A stretch of 64,000 nucleotides of DNA, from the NCBI RefSeq assembly GCF_000143415.4, contig NW_003314308.1:248001-312000 (forward strand). Direction: 5' to 3'. This DNA is from Selaginella moellendorffii. Its lineage: Eukaryota > Plantae > Lycopodiophyta. A program made the position numbers and the translations under genes. Of this stretch, positions 46,865 to 59,662 are shown in pieces (position 1 is the first letter of the stretch; each line of letters begins with the position of its first letter). Under the pieces are notes generated by a model. It did not search any database. It was given only the letters and a program-made list of their open reading frames with translations, and had not been told where the DNA came from.

Positions 46865-47024
46865 TGTGTCAAAATTGTCCTCTTTCAAAGTAACAACACC
46901 TAATGTGAAGGAAGGGATTGTGAGAGGAGGGGCTGTGTTTCTTGAGCTAGGGCGGCACCTAGGGTTTCACTGCGCATTGGTCGAGGCGCTGCGAGATCGC
47001 GGGTAATCGGCTTGGTTTCTAGCG

Positions 47025-48303
47025 ATGGTGGAGGCGCCAGAGGCTGTCCCCGAGGAGCGGCGATGGAAGCTTGCGGATTTCGACATTGGGAAGCCTCTGG
47101 GCCGCGGGAAGTTTGGAAACGTGTATCTCGCCAGAGAGAAGAGAGTATGTGTTCTTGCATTGCATTTTGCGCTGCTTGATGGTAGCTAACGTTTCTTACT
47201 CCCTTATTGATGTGTAGAGTAAATACGTTGTGGCGCTCAAAGTGCTGTTCAAGAACCAGCTCCAGCAGTCGCAAGTCGAGCATCAACTGCGTCGCGAGAT
47301 TGAGATCCAAAGTCACTTGAGACATCCCAACATTCTCCGTCTCTATGGATACTTCTATGATCAGGTTGGGCATTTCTCGAATTTGTTCTCTTCTCTTTCC
47401 AGTAGTTCCTGATGCTCTTGTTTTGATCACACAGAATAGAGTGTATCTTATACTCGAGTATGCTGCCAAAGGCGAGCTGTACAAGGAGCTCCAACGGTGC
47501 AAAGTTTTCTCCGAGAAGAGAGCGGCGACTGTAAGATAACGTCCATATGTTGCCCTGATTTATTGTTTCTTTCTGCAGTACATCGCTTCTTTGGCAAGGG
47601 CATTAATGTACTGCCACGAGAAACATGTCATCCACAGAGATATCAAGCCAGAAAATCTCCTCATTGGGATGAAGGTAAGCCTTTCTAATTCGTAAAACGA
47701 GAAGTGGTTACTAGTTTTGTATCGGCAGGGTGAACTGAAAATAGCTGACTTTGGGTGGTCAGTCCATACATTTAACCGGAGGCGGACGATGTGTGGAACT
47801 CTCGACTATCTCCCTCCAGAAATGGGTGTGTACTCTACTGCACTTCGTTTTCTCTCTGGTCGTTGCTAACTGGGAGTTCTCACAGTGGAAAATAAGGAGC
47901 ACGATGCAAGCGTAGATGTGTGGAGCTTGGGTGTTCTCTGCTACGAGTTCCTGTTTGGGACTCCTCCTTTCGAAGCTCAGAAACTGTCGGATACCTACAG
48001 ACGGTACAGAAGAAGACGTGTTTGATTTCTAGCTATTTTACTTTGATCATCCGTGTGCAGCATTGTCCGAGTGGATTTGAAGTTTCCAATCAAGCCAGTG
48101 ATCTCTACAGCGGCAAAAGATCTCATATGCCAGGTACTGAACTTCTCACACAAAGATCTTTGCTGATCCATCGTGGTTTGCAGCTTCTATGCAAGGATTC
48201 TTCGCAAAGACTTCCTCTGAAAGAACTTCTCGCTCATCCATGGATTACTGCTAATGCAGATCCATCGGGGATTTATGCTGGCTGCGGTGGAGCTAGTGCA
48301 TAG
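47025..48303 (+). CDS. Aurora kinase, alpha type (AUR1/AUR2-like)
   Basis: [99 protein letters not shown]. Confidence 0.95.
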
Positions 48304-51008
48304 CGAAAGAAATAAAATGGAAAAGAAAAATCTAATCTGTGAAAAGATTAATATAAAAAACCGTCAAAGAAACTTTGTCTCCAGATTTTTTAGAGTGTTA
48401 GTATCTCAATACTTGTTAATGTATGAGAACTTGTTAAAGATCTCATAACTTTAATTTTTGAGAAATAAAATTGAATTAGTTCAATTCATTATGGGATTAT
48501 TTATAATGTGATTGGAAAAAAAATAAACACATAATCTTAACACATGTTTTCCCACAAAATCCTAATATACAATTATATAATGCCCTTTTGTCTTGAGTTG
48601 TATGTTACACAAAAACAATTTCAATATAAGTTATATAAATTTAGAGTTTAATTAGTTAATAAATTTTGCATTCCATAGTGTAAATTTTAAAGAATTCAAC
48701 TTCCACAATTAAATAGTTTAAACTTTAATTAATTTTGAAATTTGACCACAATTTTAAAAAGTTTTTGGTCAAGTGAAATTTTTTTGGGTGGTATAATAAA
48801 TTTTTATATATAAAATTAATTAAAGATATAATTGGAGGAATTAAATATATAATAAATAAAATCAATGGTGTTTGTATAAGAAAAATTTATAAATAAAGAT
48901 GTAAAGATTATTGTTTACATAAATTAGGTAATTCTTAAATTCTTAAAAATAATAAATCTTTAAGTTATTAAAGTACTAACCAAAAATTTTATGAAACACA
49001 TATTAATTTTTTTTTGTGACTAGGCACAATATAAAATAAATAATAAATAATTAAAATATAAAGATAAAGTTTTTTTTATAACATTTACATATTTAAACAT
49101 TTACTAAAAATAAGTAAATATAAAAGCTGCATTTGGGTATGTTTCAACATCAATCACACGGATTCTTTTAGCTTCTATGATTGAAAAAGCTGTGGGTATA
49201 TCATTAGAGGATATCTACACCGAGATTGGAGTGTATTTAGATGGATAACATAATTAAAATCAATATTCATATAAATAAATAAATAAATAAAATATATATA
49301 ATTATTTTTTTAATAAGATATTTTTATTTATGTTTTTTATAAAAATATATTACTCATGATAAGTGGGTTTAGGGTTTAACCATTGTAACAAACAATATAT
49401 CATATTTCTAAACCTGTATATTGACCATCATTTGAGATTATCTTTAATTCAAATTTACAACTATAAATAAAACTTACCTTTGTGTTTTACTTTCGGTCAA
49501 CCTGGCTTATGTTAATTTAAACTCACAATATTCATTTTTTTGCAACATCATATATAGAAAGTTTGACTTACTTTATTTATCCTTTTTATCCACTTCTCAA
49601 AAGAAATTTTGAAGCACCAAATTCTATTCAGACTTGTTACATTTGTCATTGGTTATCAATTTTTAACCTTACTCCACTATAAAATTTATTTGGCTTCACT
49701 ATAGTAAAGTAAAATATTCTATTCGAACTAATTATATTTATCTTCACTCTAAAATTTATATTGTTCATCTTTGCTATATTACTAAATTACTTATCTTCAC
49801 TTTATCTAAACTCTTATTTATCACTCTCTCCCCTCCTCCAAAAGTTTGAAATGTTAAAGCAAAAAAGAAAAAGTAAATATTGTGGAAAAAAAAAATAGAT
49901 GAAGAAACATTGAAAGAGGAATTTTTAGTACCTAATGGGGAAATAACAAAAAGGAAATGTGTTTAAAGCTTGGAGAATAAAAACCTTCCTATTTTAAAAT
50001 GTCATAAAATAAATAAAAAATTCACACTATTCAATCCTTTTAACACATAACTCAACACTTGAGATATGAAAATTAATAAAAATGTCCACATTCTCAAGAA
50101 AACATATAAAACCATTAATAACAATGATAAAACAAAAACTTTTAACATTACTCACAACTAAAGATATATATTTTACCCAAAACTCTAACAAAAGTAATTT
50201 AACCTTTAAAATAGAGGATACTAACACTAGAATTTAAAAATATGATAACATGGAATAGAAAAAAGAATTAAAAAAGGTTATAAAAGAGTAAAAAGTAAAG
50301 AAAAAAGATCAAAAGGTAAACTAAATGATACTTTGTGAAATTTTTAACTTATCTCTAAATACATTTTTATAGTAATCAAGCTCCTTATCACAATTTAGAA
50401 TCCACTTAAGATCATATATATAGTATTCCTATGAACTTTATCTTTAAACATTCTTCAAAACTCAAACTATAACTATCCAATTGATATTATGATTATGCTC
50501 CACATTAATGGGAAATAGTAGGACACTAAAAACAGAAATATCATGTAATCACATCCTATAGAAGTTGGAGATTGATAATATAATTACACCCTATAACATA
50601 AAAAACTCAATCCAACTGAATAACATCAATAGCTTCAAGTGACATATTTGTATGGTGGAAAAAGGAAATGCAATGAAGTTCAAAAGGAAGAGAAAATCTA
50701 AGTATAACAATAATTAAAAGTTTAGATTTGACGAAAAGCTAATATAAATCTAGACTTAAAAGAGAAATAAGAATAAGAACAAATAAAGGAATAAGAATAA
50801 AAGCACAACCTTGAACACTATGTAAAGCAGTGCTAAAAAACTTTACCCTCTAGGAACAAGTTATAATGCCTTCTACTTCCATCAATGTGAGTGTTCAAGA
50901 TATGGGAATATGTATATAAATTGGGGTTTAAACCCTTGTTTATATACAAGAATGGATTGACTAGATATTATAATTATTATATTATTAATACATATATTTA
51001 CACACACA

Positions 51009-51013
<5 letters not shown>

Positions 51014-51076
<63 letters not shown>
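51014..51076. repeat. (TA)n microsatellite
   Basis: About 31 TA units preceded by a short (CA)n. Confidence 0.95.
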
Positions 51077-51081
<5 letters not shown>

Positions 51082-51540
51082 TTAGTTTATATGTAAATAT
51101 TTTTCAAGTTACTTTTCTATTGTTATTTTTGAAAAACATTAGAATACTTTAATAAGTTTTTGCTGGTTAAATCATTGCATTCAAGTTTTATAAATTTCCG
51201 AGCGCTCAAGTTTCATATGACAAACTTGGAAGACACTATTCAGATCTCAAAAACTAAAAAGCTACTTTCTGAATGATACACCAATGATTTCATTGATAGA
51301 TTGCACAAGAGCCTGGAAAAGTCGTTTACCACCACAGCTACAATAGCTATGTTGAATGAGAAGTAAAACAGCATAGGCGCTTGAAAGTTTTCTGGCGTGT
51401 CCAAAACTTTATTGCAAAATACTTTCTCTCACATTTTTTCCAACTGAATATAACTCATTCTCAACACAAACTTGAGTGAGGTAACATTGGAACTTGTCAA
51501 AGAGTGACCTTGAAATTGTTTTCCCCACTGCAAAACCCTA

Positions 51541-51543
<3 letters not shown>

Positions 51544-51583
<40 letters not shown>
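51544..51583. repeat. (CT)n microsatellite next to a telo-box in the ARIADNE promoter/5' UTR
   Basis: aaaaccctag followed by ~20 CT units. Confidence 0.9.
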
Positions 51584-51585
<2 letters not shown>

Positions 51586-51762
51586 ACCAAAACGGGAATA
51601 TGCTTCGAGTGGCAGGGCATCAGGGTTTCTCGACGATTGAGCTTGGGGGAGAATGCAAGAGCTGGAGTAGCGGCGGCATCGGATCTGCGACTCGGCTGCG
51701 GCCGTGAGTAGCTGCGCAGCTCGAAAATCTCTGGAATTTAGGTCTGTAGGATCTCCTGGTGG

Positions 51763-54261
51763 ATGGATTCAGACGATGACATGCAAGACGCCTACACCTC
51801 CGACGGCGACTACTATGGCGATGAGTACAGCGACGCGATGCCCAGCGACGAGGAGGACGATGACTCCGTCTACCCGTTTGATGATAATTCCATGGACGAT
51901 CTTTCCCCTTCCACTCGGGCGCCTCAGGTATAGCTCGGGAAATCGCGCGCTTTACATTTTGGCTGCCTTGTGCTTTCCAGAATAATTTCGTGGTGCTGAG
52001 TGAAGACGAAATTAGCAAGAGGCAAGAGGAGGCTGTGAAGAGCGTAGCGGGCGTGTTATCGATTTCCAAGGGCGATGCTAGTGTTCTTTTGCGGCACTTC
52101 AAGTGGTTCGTGTTGCGAAATCTCGCTCTCTCTTTTTTTTCTTTGATCGTGGTCGGTGAGCTTGAGCTCTTTTCTCTTTCCCAGGTGCATCAGTACTGTA
52201 AATGATGAATGGTTTGCCAATGAGCAAGCTGTTCGCAAGACAGTTGGTTTGCTGGAGAAATCCGCGGGGAGGAGACCTCCCAAAGAGGTGATCCTTGCAA
52301 GTTTGCTTTGTTTTTTCGATGCTTGACGTGGACTCTACTTCCAGATTGTTTGCGGGATCTGCTTCGATGCTTTCGGGGTTGACAAGATGAGAGCAACGGT
52401 TTGCGGGCATTACTTTTGTAGTTTATGTTGGACAGGTTGCTAAACGTAGCTGAAACGCTTGGCTTTGCTCACTGATTCGCACATTTTTCTTCTACTGATC
52501 AGGATATGTTCATACTGCGATATCCGATGGCCCTGGATGTCTGACACTTCGATGTCCTGATCCATCTTGTAACGCTGCTGTTGGAGATGAGCTTGTTATG
52601 TCGCTGGTTTGCGAGGAAGACCGTGTCAAGTACAATAGATATTTGTTACGCTCGTTTGTCGAAGACAACCGAAAGGTGTCGCTTTCTGTTATAGCTGGAT
52701 TGCTTAACTGACAAACTTGTCCAGGCAAAATGGTGTCCTGCTCCAGGATGTGATTTTGCGCTGGAGTATTTTCCAGGTAGTGGTTCACATGACGTTGTCT
52801 GCAAGTGCGGTCATCCATTCTGCTGGAGCGTAAGTATGCGAAAGCTGTTCATGTTTTGGCTTTAACTTTGTGAAGCTGCAGTGTTTGGAGGATGCCCATC
52901 GGCCCGTTGATTGCGAAACTGTGACGAAGTGGATACTGAAAAACTGCGCTGAATCCGAGAACATGAATTGGTATGCTGTTGCTTCCTAGTTGTAACGGCT
53001 GAATTCATCGTCTTTTCTTGCTGATCAGGATTCTCGCCAATTCCAAACCTTGTCCAAAGTGTAAAAGACCGATCGAAAAATCTCAAGGATGCATGCATAT
53101 AACGTGTACGCCTCCGTGCAAGTTTGAGTTTTGCTGGTAGGTGTTTTCTTTTTCTCGCTGATGACTGATTGATGTGTGGTAGGCTTTGTCTTGGACCGTG
53201 GTCCGAACACGGTGAGCGCACAGGGGGATTTTATGCTTGTAATCGGTATGAAGCTGCTAAGCAGGAAGGAGTGGTACGTATCTAGGTACTTCTCACTGCC
53301 TCAACTTTACAAATTTTCTTACAGTATGATGAAGCTGAAAGGCGTAGAGAGATGGCTAAGAACATGCTTGAACGTTATACACACTACTACGAAAGATGGG
53401 CCACAAACGAGTCATCCAGGCAAAAAGCGCTCTCTGATCTTCAACAGATGCAAGCTTTACATGTTTGTTGCTATGTTTTGTTTGTTCAGTCCTAATGTTT
53501 ATCGTGTGATGCTTTCCAGATGGAGAAATTAAGCGACAGACAGTGTCAGCCTGTATCACAGCTAAAGTTTGTGACGGATGCTTGGATGCAGGTAGGCTCT
53601 ATCCTGTATAGTTGTTCTTTTCTGATAAGTCTTTTGCCGTGTAGATCGTAGAGTGCCGACGGGTTCTAAAATGGACATACGCGTATGGTTATTATCTTCC
53701 AGAAAACGAGGATGCGAAGCGGCAGTTTTTTGAGTACGTGCAAGGTATACAACATGGCCTTTTCTCTCGAGCATCGCTGATACCAAAGTGGAAAAATCAG
53801 GTGAAGCGGAGGCCGGCCTTGAGCGCCTACACCAATGCGCAGAGAAGGACTTGCAAGTCTTCCTGGGCGAGGATCCTCCGGATGTCCCGTTCAACGAGTT
53901 TCGCACCAAACTGGCTGGTCTCACAAGGTAAGGCAAAGTTTGCAGTGGCATTTGCTCACGATCCGCGGCTGCGCGCAGTGTAACGAGGACTTACTTTGAG
54001 AACTTGATGCGCGCGCTGGAGACGGGGCTATCGGACGTGGACAACTCGAAAGCGGCGGCCAACAGCAACAAGAACAGCAGCAGCAGCTCCAAGGCGTCGG
54101 GAAGCTCCCGGAAGAGCGGCAAGAAAGGCGGGAGCTCCAAGAACAATGGGGGCTCGAGCCGGAGCGCCATTGACGAGAGCGGTGTGTGGTCGTGCGAGCG
54201 CTGCACCTTCGCTAATCCATCCAGCGTGCGTTCGTGTCAACTGTGCCACCACAGGCCCTGA
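51763..54261 (+). CDS. ARIADNE-family RBR E3 ubiquitin ligase with C-terminal RanBP2-type zinc finger, multi-exon
   Basis: MDSDDD acidic start, RING1 [41 protein letters not shown]2 [31 protein letters not shown]. Confidence 0.92.
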
Positions 54262-54551
54262 GAGAAGGAAGAAAAGTTGTCTTTAAGCAAAGTATATTCT
54301 TGGTATTTTAGGGCTCCGTGAAGGGAATCCTGTATATTCCTAACGGTCAGCGAATCTAAGCATATTCGAATCAACAAAACTTCTCGTTTGAGTTTAGAGC
54401 AAAAGCTTGCGATTGTTCCTTTACACCGACAGAAGAATAGAGCTCAAGGTTCTGGGCTTCCTCCGATAATGGGAATTGGCATTCCCATCCTGGCGAGAAC
54501 ATTAGAGTTTGTAAGTTTCAAACCAGGCACAAAAAGCAAGAGCATCGACAC

Positions 54552-56163
54552 TCACCCGCTGTGTCTCGAGAAGTAATCGTTGTCGAGAGAGACGGCAAGA
54601 GCTAGAACAATCGCTCTCTCGGTCAGTGTCAAAGAGCGAGAAACCGAAAGAGGCTCCACCTGGAAAAAGAAAAATCTCGCGAGCTCGCAAGAGGAAAACG
54701 CAAAGATATCCACCTGTGGATCAACGTTTTGAGCTTGCTCGCCGCCCTGCAAAACGTACTGGCCAGCAACTCCAGCTCTGTTTGTACCATCAGCGAGGAC
54801 TTCGCCAAATCTCACGACATATTGCCCAGCATCTGTGAAGAACTGCATTCCAAGCAGTGAGATACTCGCTGGCCTGGAATTATCACACCATACCTCGTAG
54901 CCAAATCCTCTCCAGTTGCGGTCCACGACGGCCAGAGTGTCGCCATTCTCGTCACACACAGTGAAAGTCCAGTTCCAAAAGCCCGGATTCTCAACACGTC
55001 CAAACTGCGTCTTCCTGCATTCGTGTCGCACTGTCAAGTGACTCCAGGAATTTCGAGTTTCCGTGGTGCTTACCCGAGATAGAGATCATAGATTCGTCTC
55101 CAGACATGCCATCTCCTGTGAACCTCACCAACAAGCTGCGAAAGTCGTGTTAAAACATCTCGAGTAGAAAGAGTTTAGTGCAGTACAATGCCATCAACTT
55201 CCACAAAGATTGTGCTGTTGATCAACCAGGCTGGTCGTCGAACCTGACAGAAAGCGTCACAAGAGTAGAAGAAAGAAAAGAAATGGTAAGATTTGTAACC
55301 TGGAAAACCTGGTTGCCGTAGGCATCTAGAACATTGGCGATGAAAGGCCTCCTCGTTCGCAGTAACTGCGACATAGCTGCAATTAATCAATAAGCGATAA
55401 CTGGGAACTCGTTCTAAAGCTTTACCTGGCGCATGATAAAGCTGCTCTCTTCAAGAAGATATCCAACAGCCTACCCAAACACTCAGTCCAAAACAATGCC
55501 ATACACTAGAGAAACTACTTACTGCTTGCGGCTGGCGAGGATCCATGATAACGTATCTGTTTTGCTGCAAAGGAAAAAAGAGAAGATAAAGAAAAACCAA
55601 GAGAAAGAGCTACAAAGGAATTACTTGCTCCAGACCGAAGGCAACGTTGGCCCACTCTATGTTCCTGGTGACCATCAAATCGGGCCTCGCTAACACAGGA
55701 ACAAGCCTGTGCTGTTAAAAGGAAGGGAAAGAAGAAGCAAAGCATGAGTTATAAGAGTTTCCAAAGAGAAAGCTTTACTTCTTGTGGAGAATCTGGCGCC
55801 AGAGCTCCAACAAGAGGTTCGCTGGGAGGAGGCTGCTCGGCATTGTAAACCCCTGCTATCATCGATCAAAATAAAGCTCCAAGAGCCAATTCAAAAAAAT
55901 TTACCAGAGGAAGCGACTGGCTTGGAAAGCTTGAGCCTGAGCTTGCGCTCCTCGTCGCGCCGGCGCTTGTCGAAAAGCATCCGCTCAATCAGCCTTCTCC
56001 TGCTCAGAGACTGATCGTCGCCAACGCTCTGATTGCATGCCGGGGAAAGAGAAATCTCCCTCGCGCCGGCGGGATTGCTGCTCCATCTAGCGAAATGCGC
56101 GAGCTGATCGTCCGGAGCGCGCACTTGGATCCGCCGAGCCGCTCGTAAGAGGCGCCCAGCCAT
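54552..56163 (-). CDS. Phospholipid scramblase family protein (Aim25-like, probable mitochondrial transit peptide), multi-exon
   Basis: MAGRLLRAARR N-terminus; VRRPAWLINSTIFVEVDG, QFGRVENPGFWNWTFT, DRNWRGFGYE, FTDAGQYVVRFG, ERAIVLALAVSLDNDYFSRH. Confidence 0.85.
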
Positions 56164-56235
56164 TGCAAGGCCAGAACCCTAACTCTAAACCATTTTTGAT
56201 GTGGTATAATGTCAAAATTAAAAATAAACTAATGA

Positions 56236-56295
56236 CGCCGTTGCCGGGGATCGAACCCGGGTCGTCCGCGTGACAGGCGGAAATACTACAACGAC
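56236..56295 (-). pseudogene. tRNA-Asp(GTC) copy lacking 12 nt of the D arm
   Basis: Identical to 56371-56442 except for a 12-nt deletion between ATACT microhomologies. Confidence 0.85.
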
Positions 56296-56370
56296 ATCAC
56301 ATTATCTTAACTTAAACAATGTAAATAGCTTTACCAAAAACTGAAAACTGATTATTTTTAATAAAACTAA

Positions 56371-56442
56371 CGCCGTTGCCGGGGATCGAACCCGGGTCGT
56401 CCGCGTGACAGGCGGAAATACTTACCAGTATACTACAACGAC
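56371..56442 (-). tRNA. tRNA-Asp (anticodon GTC)
   Basis: GTCGTTGTAGTATACTGGTAAGTATTTCCGCCTGTCACGCGGACGACCCGGGTTCGATCCCCGGCAACGGCG; 72 nt, A and B boxes, downstream T runs. Confidence 0.95.
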
Positions 56443-56519
56443 ATCTCATTATCTTAGTATTAAACGAAAATTAAAATCTCATTTCACTATTTAGAATGAA
56501 ACATTAAAATGATAATAAT

Positions 56520-58457
56520 ATGGATCGGCAATCATGGATAAAAGCCATACAAAATTGCAAGACACTTCCAATAGCTTCCAAGATCGATGCAGAGTTGAGA
56601 CATAAGATTGCTTCTCATGACACTTTCCTCTTTAACAAGCTCATTGAAATGTATGGCAAATGCGGCAATCCAGGCCAAGCCAAGAACATCTTTGACACAA
56701 TGCCACAAAGGGATATATTTTCCTTCCACCTTATGATCTTAGCCTACTCCTACAATGGCCACCTTTGCGAAGCCAAGATCATCTTTGACAGTCTCATGCC
56801 AAGCCACACCACAGTCTCTTGGAACACAATGCTATCAGCACTTGCCCAAAACGGGCATCTTCACTCTGCCAGAGAGCTCTTTGATCAAATGCTCGAAAGA
56901 AACATGATCTCCTGGACCACAATGTTGGCTGCCTTCTCGCACAGCGATAACCTTCAAGAAGCCCTGAGTATATTCCATGAGATGCCACTGTGGGATCTGG
57001 TGGCATATACCACAATGCTGGGTGCTCTCTCCCGTGGTGGCGACGTTGACGCTGCGAAAAGGCTGTTTGACCAGTCCCCGCTGTGGGATCTTGTGTCCTG
57101 GACCGCGCTGCTAGCGGTATATGCCCAGAACGGGCATCTGGAAGATGCCAAGTTTGTGTTTGATGAGATGCCAGAGCACGATTTGGTATCTTGGACCTCG
57201 ATGCTAACAGTATATTCTCGAACCGGACACGTACAAAAATCTCGGGAGACGTTTGATCGCATGCCGGAGAGGAATCTATTCTCGTGGGCTGCAATGGTGG
57301 CGGTATATACGCGAGAGGGTGACATGGAATCCGCGGAGAAAACTTTTAGCGAGATGCCACAGTGGAATCTAGTCTGCATGAACGCTATGGTCTCGGGATA
57401 TTCTCACACCGGGAATTTCTATGCCGCAAGGAGCCTGTTTGAACGTATGCCTCTTGGCAATGTAATTACGTGGAATATTATCCTGGCAGCGTACGTAGCA
57501 CGTGAAGACTACAACAAAACGTGTGTCATCTTTAGCCAAATGCCTCAATGTGATTTGTTCTCTTGGAATATGCTCTTGACAGCATATGCCCGAAAAGGGT
57601 ATCTGGAGGAAGCAGGACATATTTACCACACAATGCCACAAAGGAATCTTGTTTCAATGACCGCAATGCTAACAGCATATTCCCAACATGGGTATCATTT
57701 TGAAGCAAAGATGCTGTTTGATGCTGCCCCTCAACAAGATCAGGTCCTTTGGAACTCTATCCTTGCAGCATATACCCAAAACGGGTATATTCCCGATGCT
57801 GAGCTTCTATTCTACTCCATGCCACAAAGGGACAATGTGTCCTGGAACGCAATGCTGGCCGTTTATGCCCGACGCGGGCATATTATTCGAGCTACACGGC
57901 TGTTTGAGACGATGCTCGAGCAACACATCACTTCCTGGAGCGCTTTGCAAGCGGCATACGCCCAAAACGGCCACTCTTTCCAAACTTTCGAGACCTTCGA
58001 CAAGATGGCGATGGTGGAGTCACCCGACGAGATCTGCTTCATCCTCTATCTCGTCGCTTGCAGCCAAGCCGGAGAAACTTTCAGAGGACGGTGTTGTTTC
58101 GTGTCGATGGCGATGGATTTCGGCCTCCAGCCCGGAAAGCAGCACTACAGCTGCGTGGTAGACTTGCTTAGCCGAGCAGGATACTTGTCCAGTGCCAAGG
58201 AACTCATCCAAACCATGCCTTACGTTCCGGGAGTGTGGGAGTGGACCTGCTTTCTAGGAGCTTGTCGGAGCTATAGCGATTCCTATCACGGTTCCCAAGC
58301 TGCGAGCGTTGTTCTCGAGTCGTATCAGCAGCTGGGATCCGGCTATGTGCTGCTTGCCAACACTTACTTCGGATTCCAACCTGAGAGTGCTGTACAAACT
58401 CCGAAGCTCGAAAGCACAAAGCCTAGAGCATGGGTGGAGTGTAACCCAAACTGTTGA
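56520..58457 (+). CDS. PLS-E PPR protein, S/SS-motif-rich, no DYW
   Basis: 645-aa intronless ORF with ~31-aa repeats (WTALLAVYAQNGHLEDAKFVFDEMPEHDLVS), HYSCVVDLLSRAG, WTCFLGAC, YVLLAN. Confidence 0.92.
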   Translation: MDRQSWIKAIQNCKTLPIASKIDAELRHKIASHDTFLFNKLIEMYGKCGNPGQAKNIFDTMPQRDIFSFHLMILAYSYNGHLCEAKIIFDSLMPSHTTVSWNTMLSALAQNGHLHSARELFDQMLERNMISWTTMLAAFSHSDNLQEALSIFHEMPLWDLVAYTTMLGALSRGGDVDAAKRLFDQSPLWDLVSWTALLAVYAQNGHLEDAKFVFDEMPEHDLVSWTSMLTVYSRTGHVQKSRETFDRMPERNLFSWAAMVAVYTREGDMESAEKTFSEMPQWNLVCMNAMVSGYSHTGNFYAARSLFERMPLGNVITWNIILAAYVAREDYNKTCVIFSQMPQCDLFSWNMLLTAYARKGYLEEAGHIYHTMPQRNLVSMTAMLTAYSQHGYHFEAKMLFDAAPQQDQVLWNSILAAYTQNGYIPDAELLFYSMPQRDNVSWNAMLAVYARRGHIIRATRLFETMLEQHITSWSALQAAYAQNGHSFQTFETFDKMAMVESPDEICFILYLVACSQAGETFRGRCCFVSMAMDFGLQPGKQHYSCVVDLLSRAGYLSSAKELIQTMPYVPGVWEWTCFLGACRSYSDSYHGSQAASVVLESYQQLGSGYVLLANTYFGFQPESAVQTPKLESTKPRAWVECNPNC

Positions 58458-59353
58458 GATCAATGTACTGCGTGGGTTCCTGTCTGTGCCTGTGAGCCTT
58501 GACGGCCGCCAGGAATGCTCCTACTGCTAAAACGAGGAGTAGAAACCAGACCTGCGTGACGAGCCTGGTTGGCTTTCGTATCGCCTCCGGACAAGCTCTG
58601 TGCCCCGGAAGAATTTTTGGGACCAGCAGCAACGTTGACTACAGGGTGGAGTCCGTTCTGTAAAACCACGAGTGTAAATCGAAAGAGAAATGTATGTTTT
58701 GCATACCTCCATCATTCCGTGAGAGCTGAATGACAATTTGCTCGTAGAAAACCGAGGCAGGCTGTGATCTTCCCTTGCACAAATTGCATTTTGTGCTGTC
58801 CAACGGTCCATGGGAACCGGGAGGTGTCTGCTTCTGAGAAAAGGTGGCACACAGGCTTGTGCCATATTCCAAGAAAAATCTCCTTGGCACTAAAGCCAGA
58901 GGTGGTCATGTTGAAGAGATTCTTCCCCAGAAAAAAAATGCGCTTGGAGTGCGGCTAGAGCGGACGACTCTTTGGTTACGACAGAAGCTAGTGAACAAAT
59001 TAAAACGTGTAAGAACTTACAAGAAGTTCGTCCACAGCGTGATCGAACATTCCCGCACACCGAAATTCCTGTTGCTGCTGTATGTTACGACCAGAAGACA
59101 ACTCTAGACTCAGAAAATAATTCTATCGTCACCAAATGGTGTTGTAGTTATTTGTCTGAACAAGTCCACCTAAAGCAGTGTTGGATATCTACCAATCTTA
59201 CTCACATCTGCTTCCTCAACCGCAGCAGTAACCATTTCGCACTTTGCCACCTCTCGAGAGAAGAATCTAGCTCTCAAATTCTCTCTGGCAATCGACCACG
59301 GGGCTTTGAGATGGCCTACCGTATGTCCCAAAAATATCAAAAAATCTTATTAA

Positions 59354-59425
59354 CATCTTGCAAAGATCTGCTTTCTATTTTCCAGATTCGGATCTGGAAA
59401 ATGGGAAGCAGATTTTTGCAAGATG
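59354..59425 (+). ncRNA. Candidate small-RNA hairpin (34-bp stem, 4-nt loop)
   Basis: Arms 59354-59387 and 59392-59425 pair fully on the + strand; all three non-Watson-Crick positions are G:U. Confidence 0.5.
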
Positions 59426-59434
59426 CTTCAATAT

Positions 59435-59662
59435 AGTTTGCATATTGAACAGGTGCTACCTTCCATTCAGCTTTTGGTTTGACATGATTTATGTGGGATG
59501 GGATGTGAAATGAAGGTGATTTTCTTCTAAGTAAAAAGATCACTCTAGCTTACAACTCCTTCAGGAAAATCACCGTCATTCAAGATCCCATCCCAGATCG
59601 CAAGGACAAATCCTGGCATCACGTCAGACCAAAGCTAGATGCACCTGTTCAATATACAAACT
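59435..59662. repeat. Imperfect ~230-nt inverted repeat (second hairpin)
   Basis: agtttgcatattgaacaggtgc/gcacctgttcaatatacaaact; agcttttggtttgacatgat/atcacgtcagaccaaagct; tgggatgggat..ggtgattttc/gaaaatcacc..atcccatccca. Confidence 0.8.

Noticed and set aside
48330-51500. Very AT-rich 3-kb intergenic block with a gggtttagggttta telomere-like seed
   Set aside because: No termini, ORF or periodicity that I can support
58460-59436. ORFs of 60-154 aa downstream of the PPR gene
   Set aside because: No recognisable domain; the longest partly reflects the palindrome, with mirror peptides on both strands
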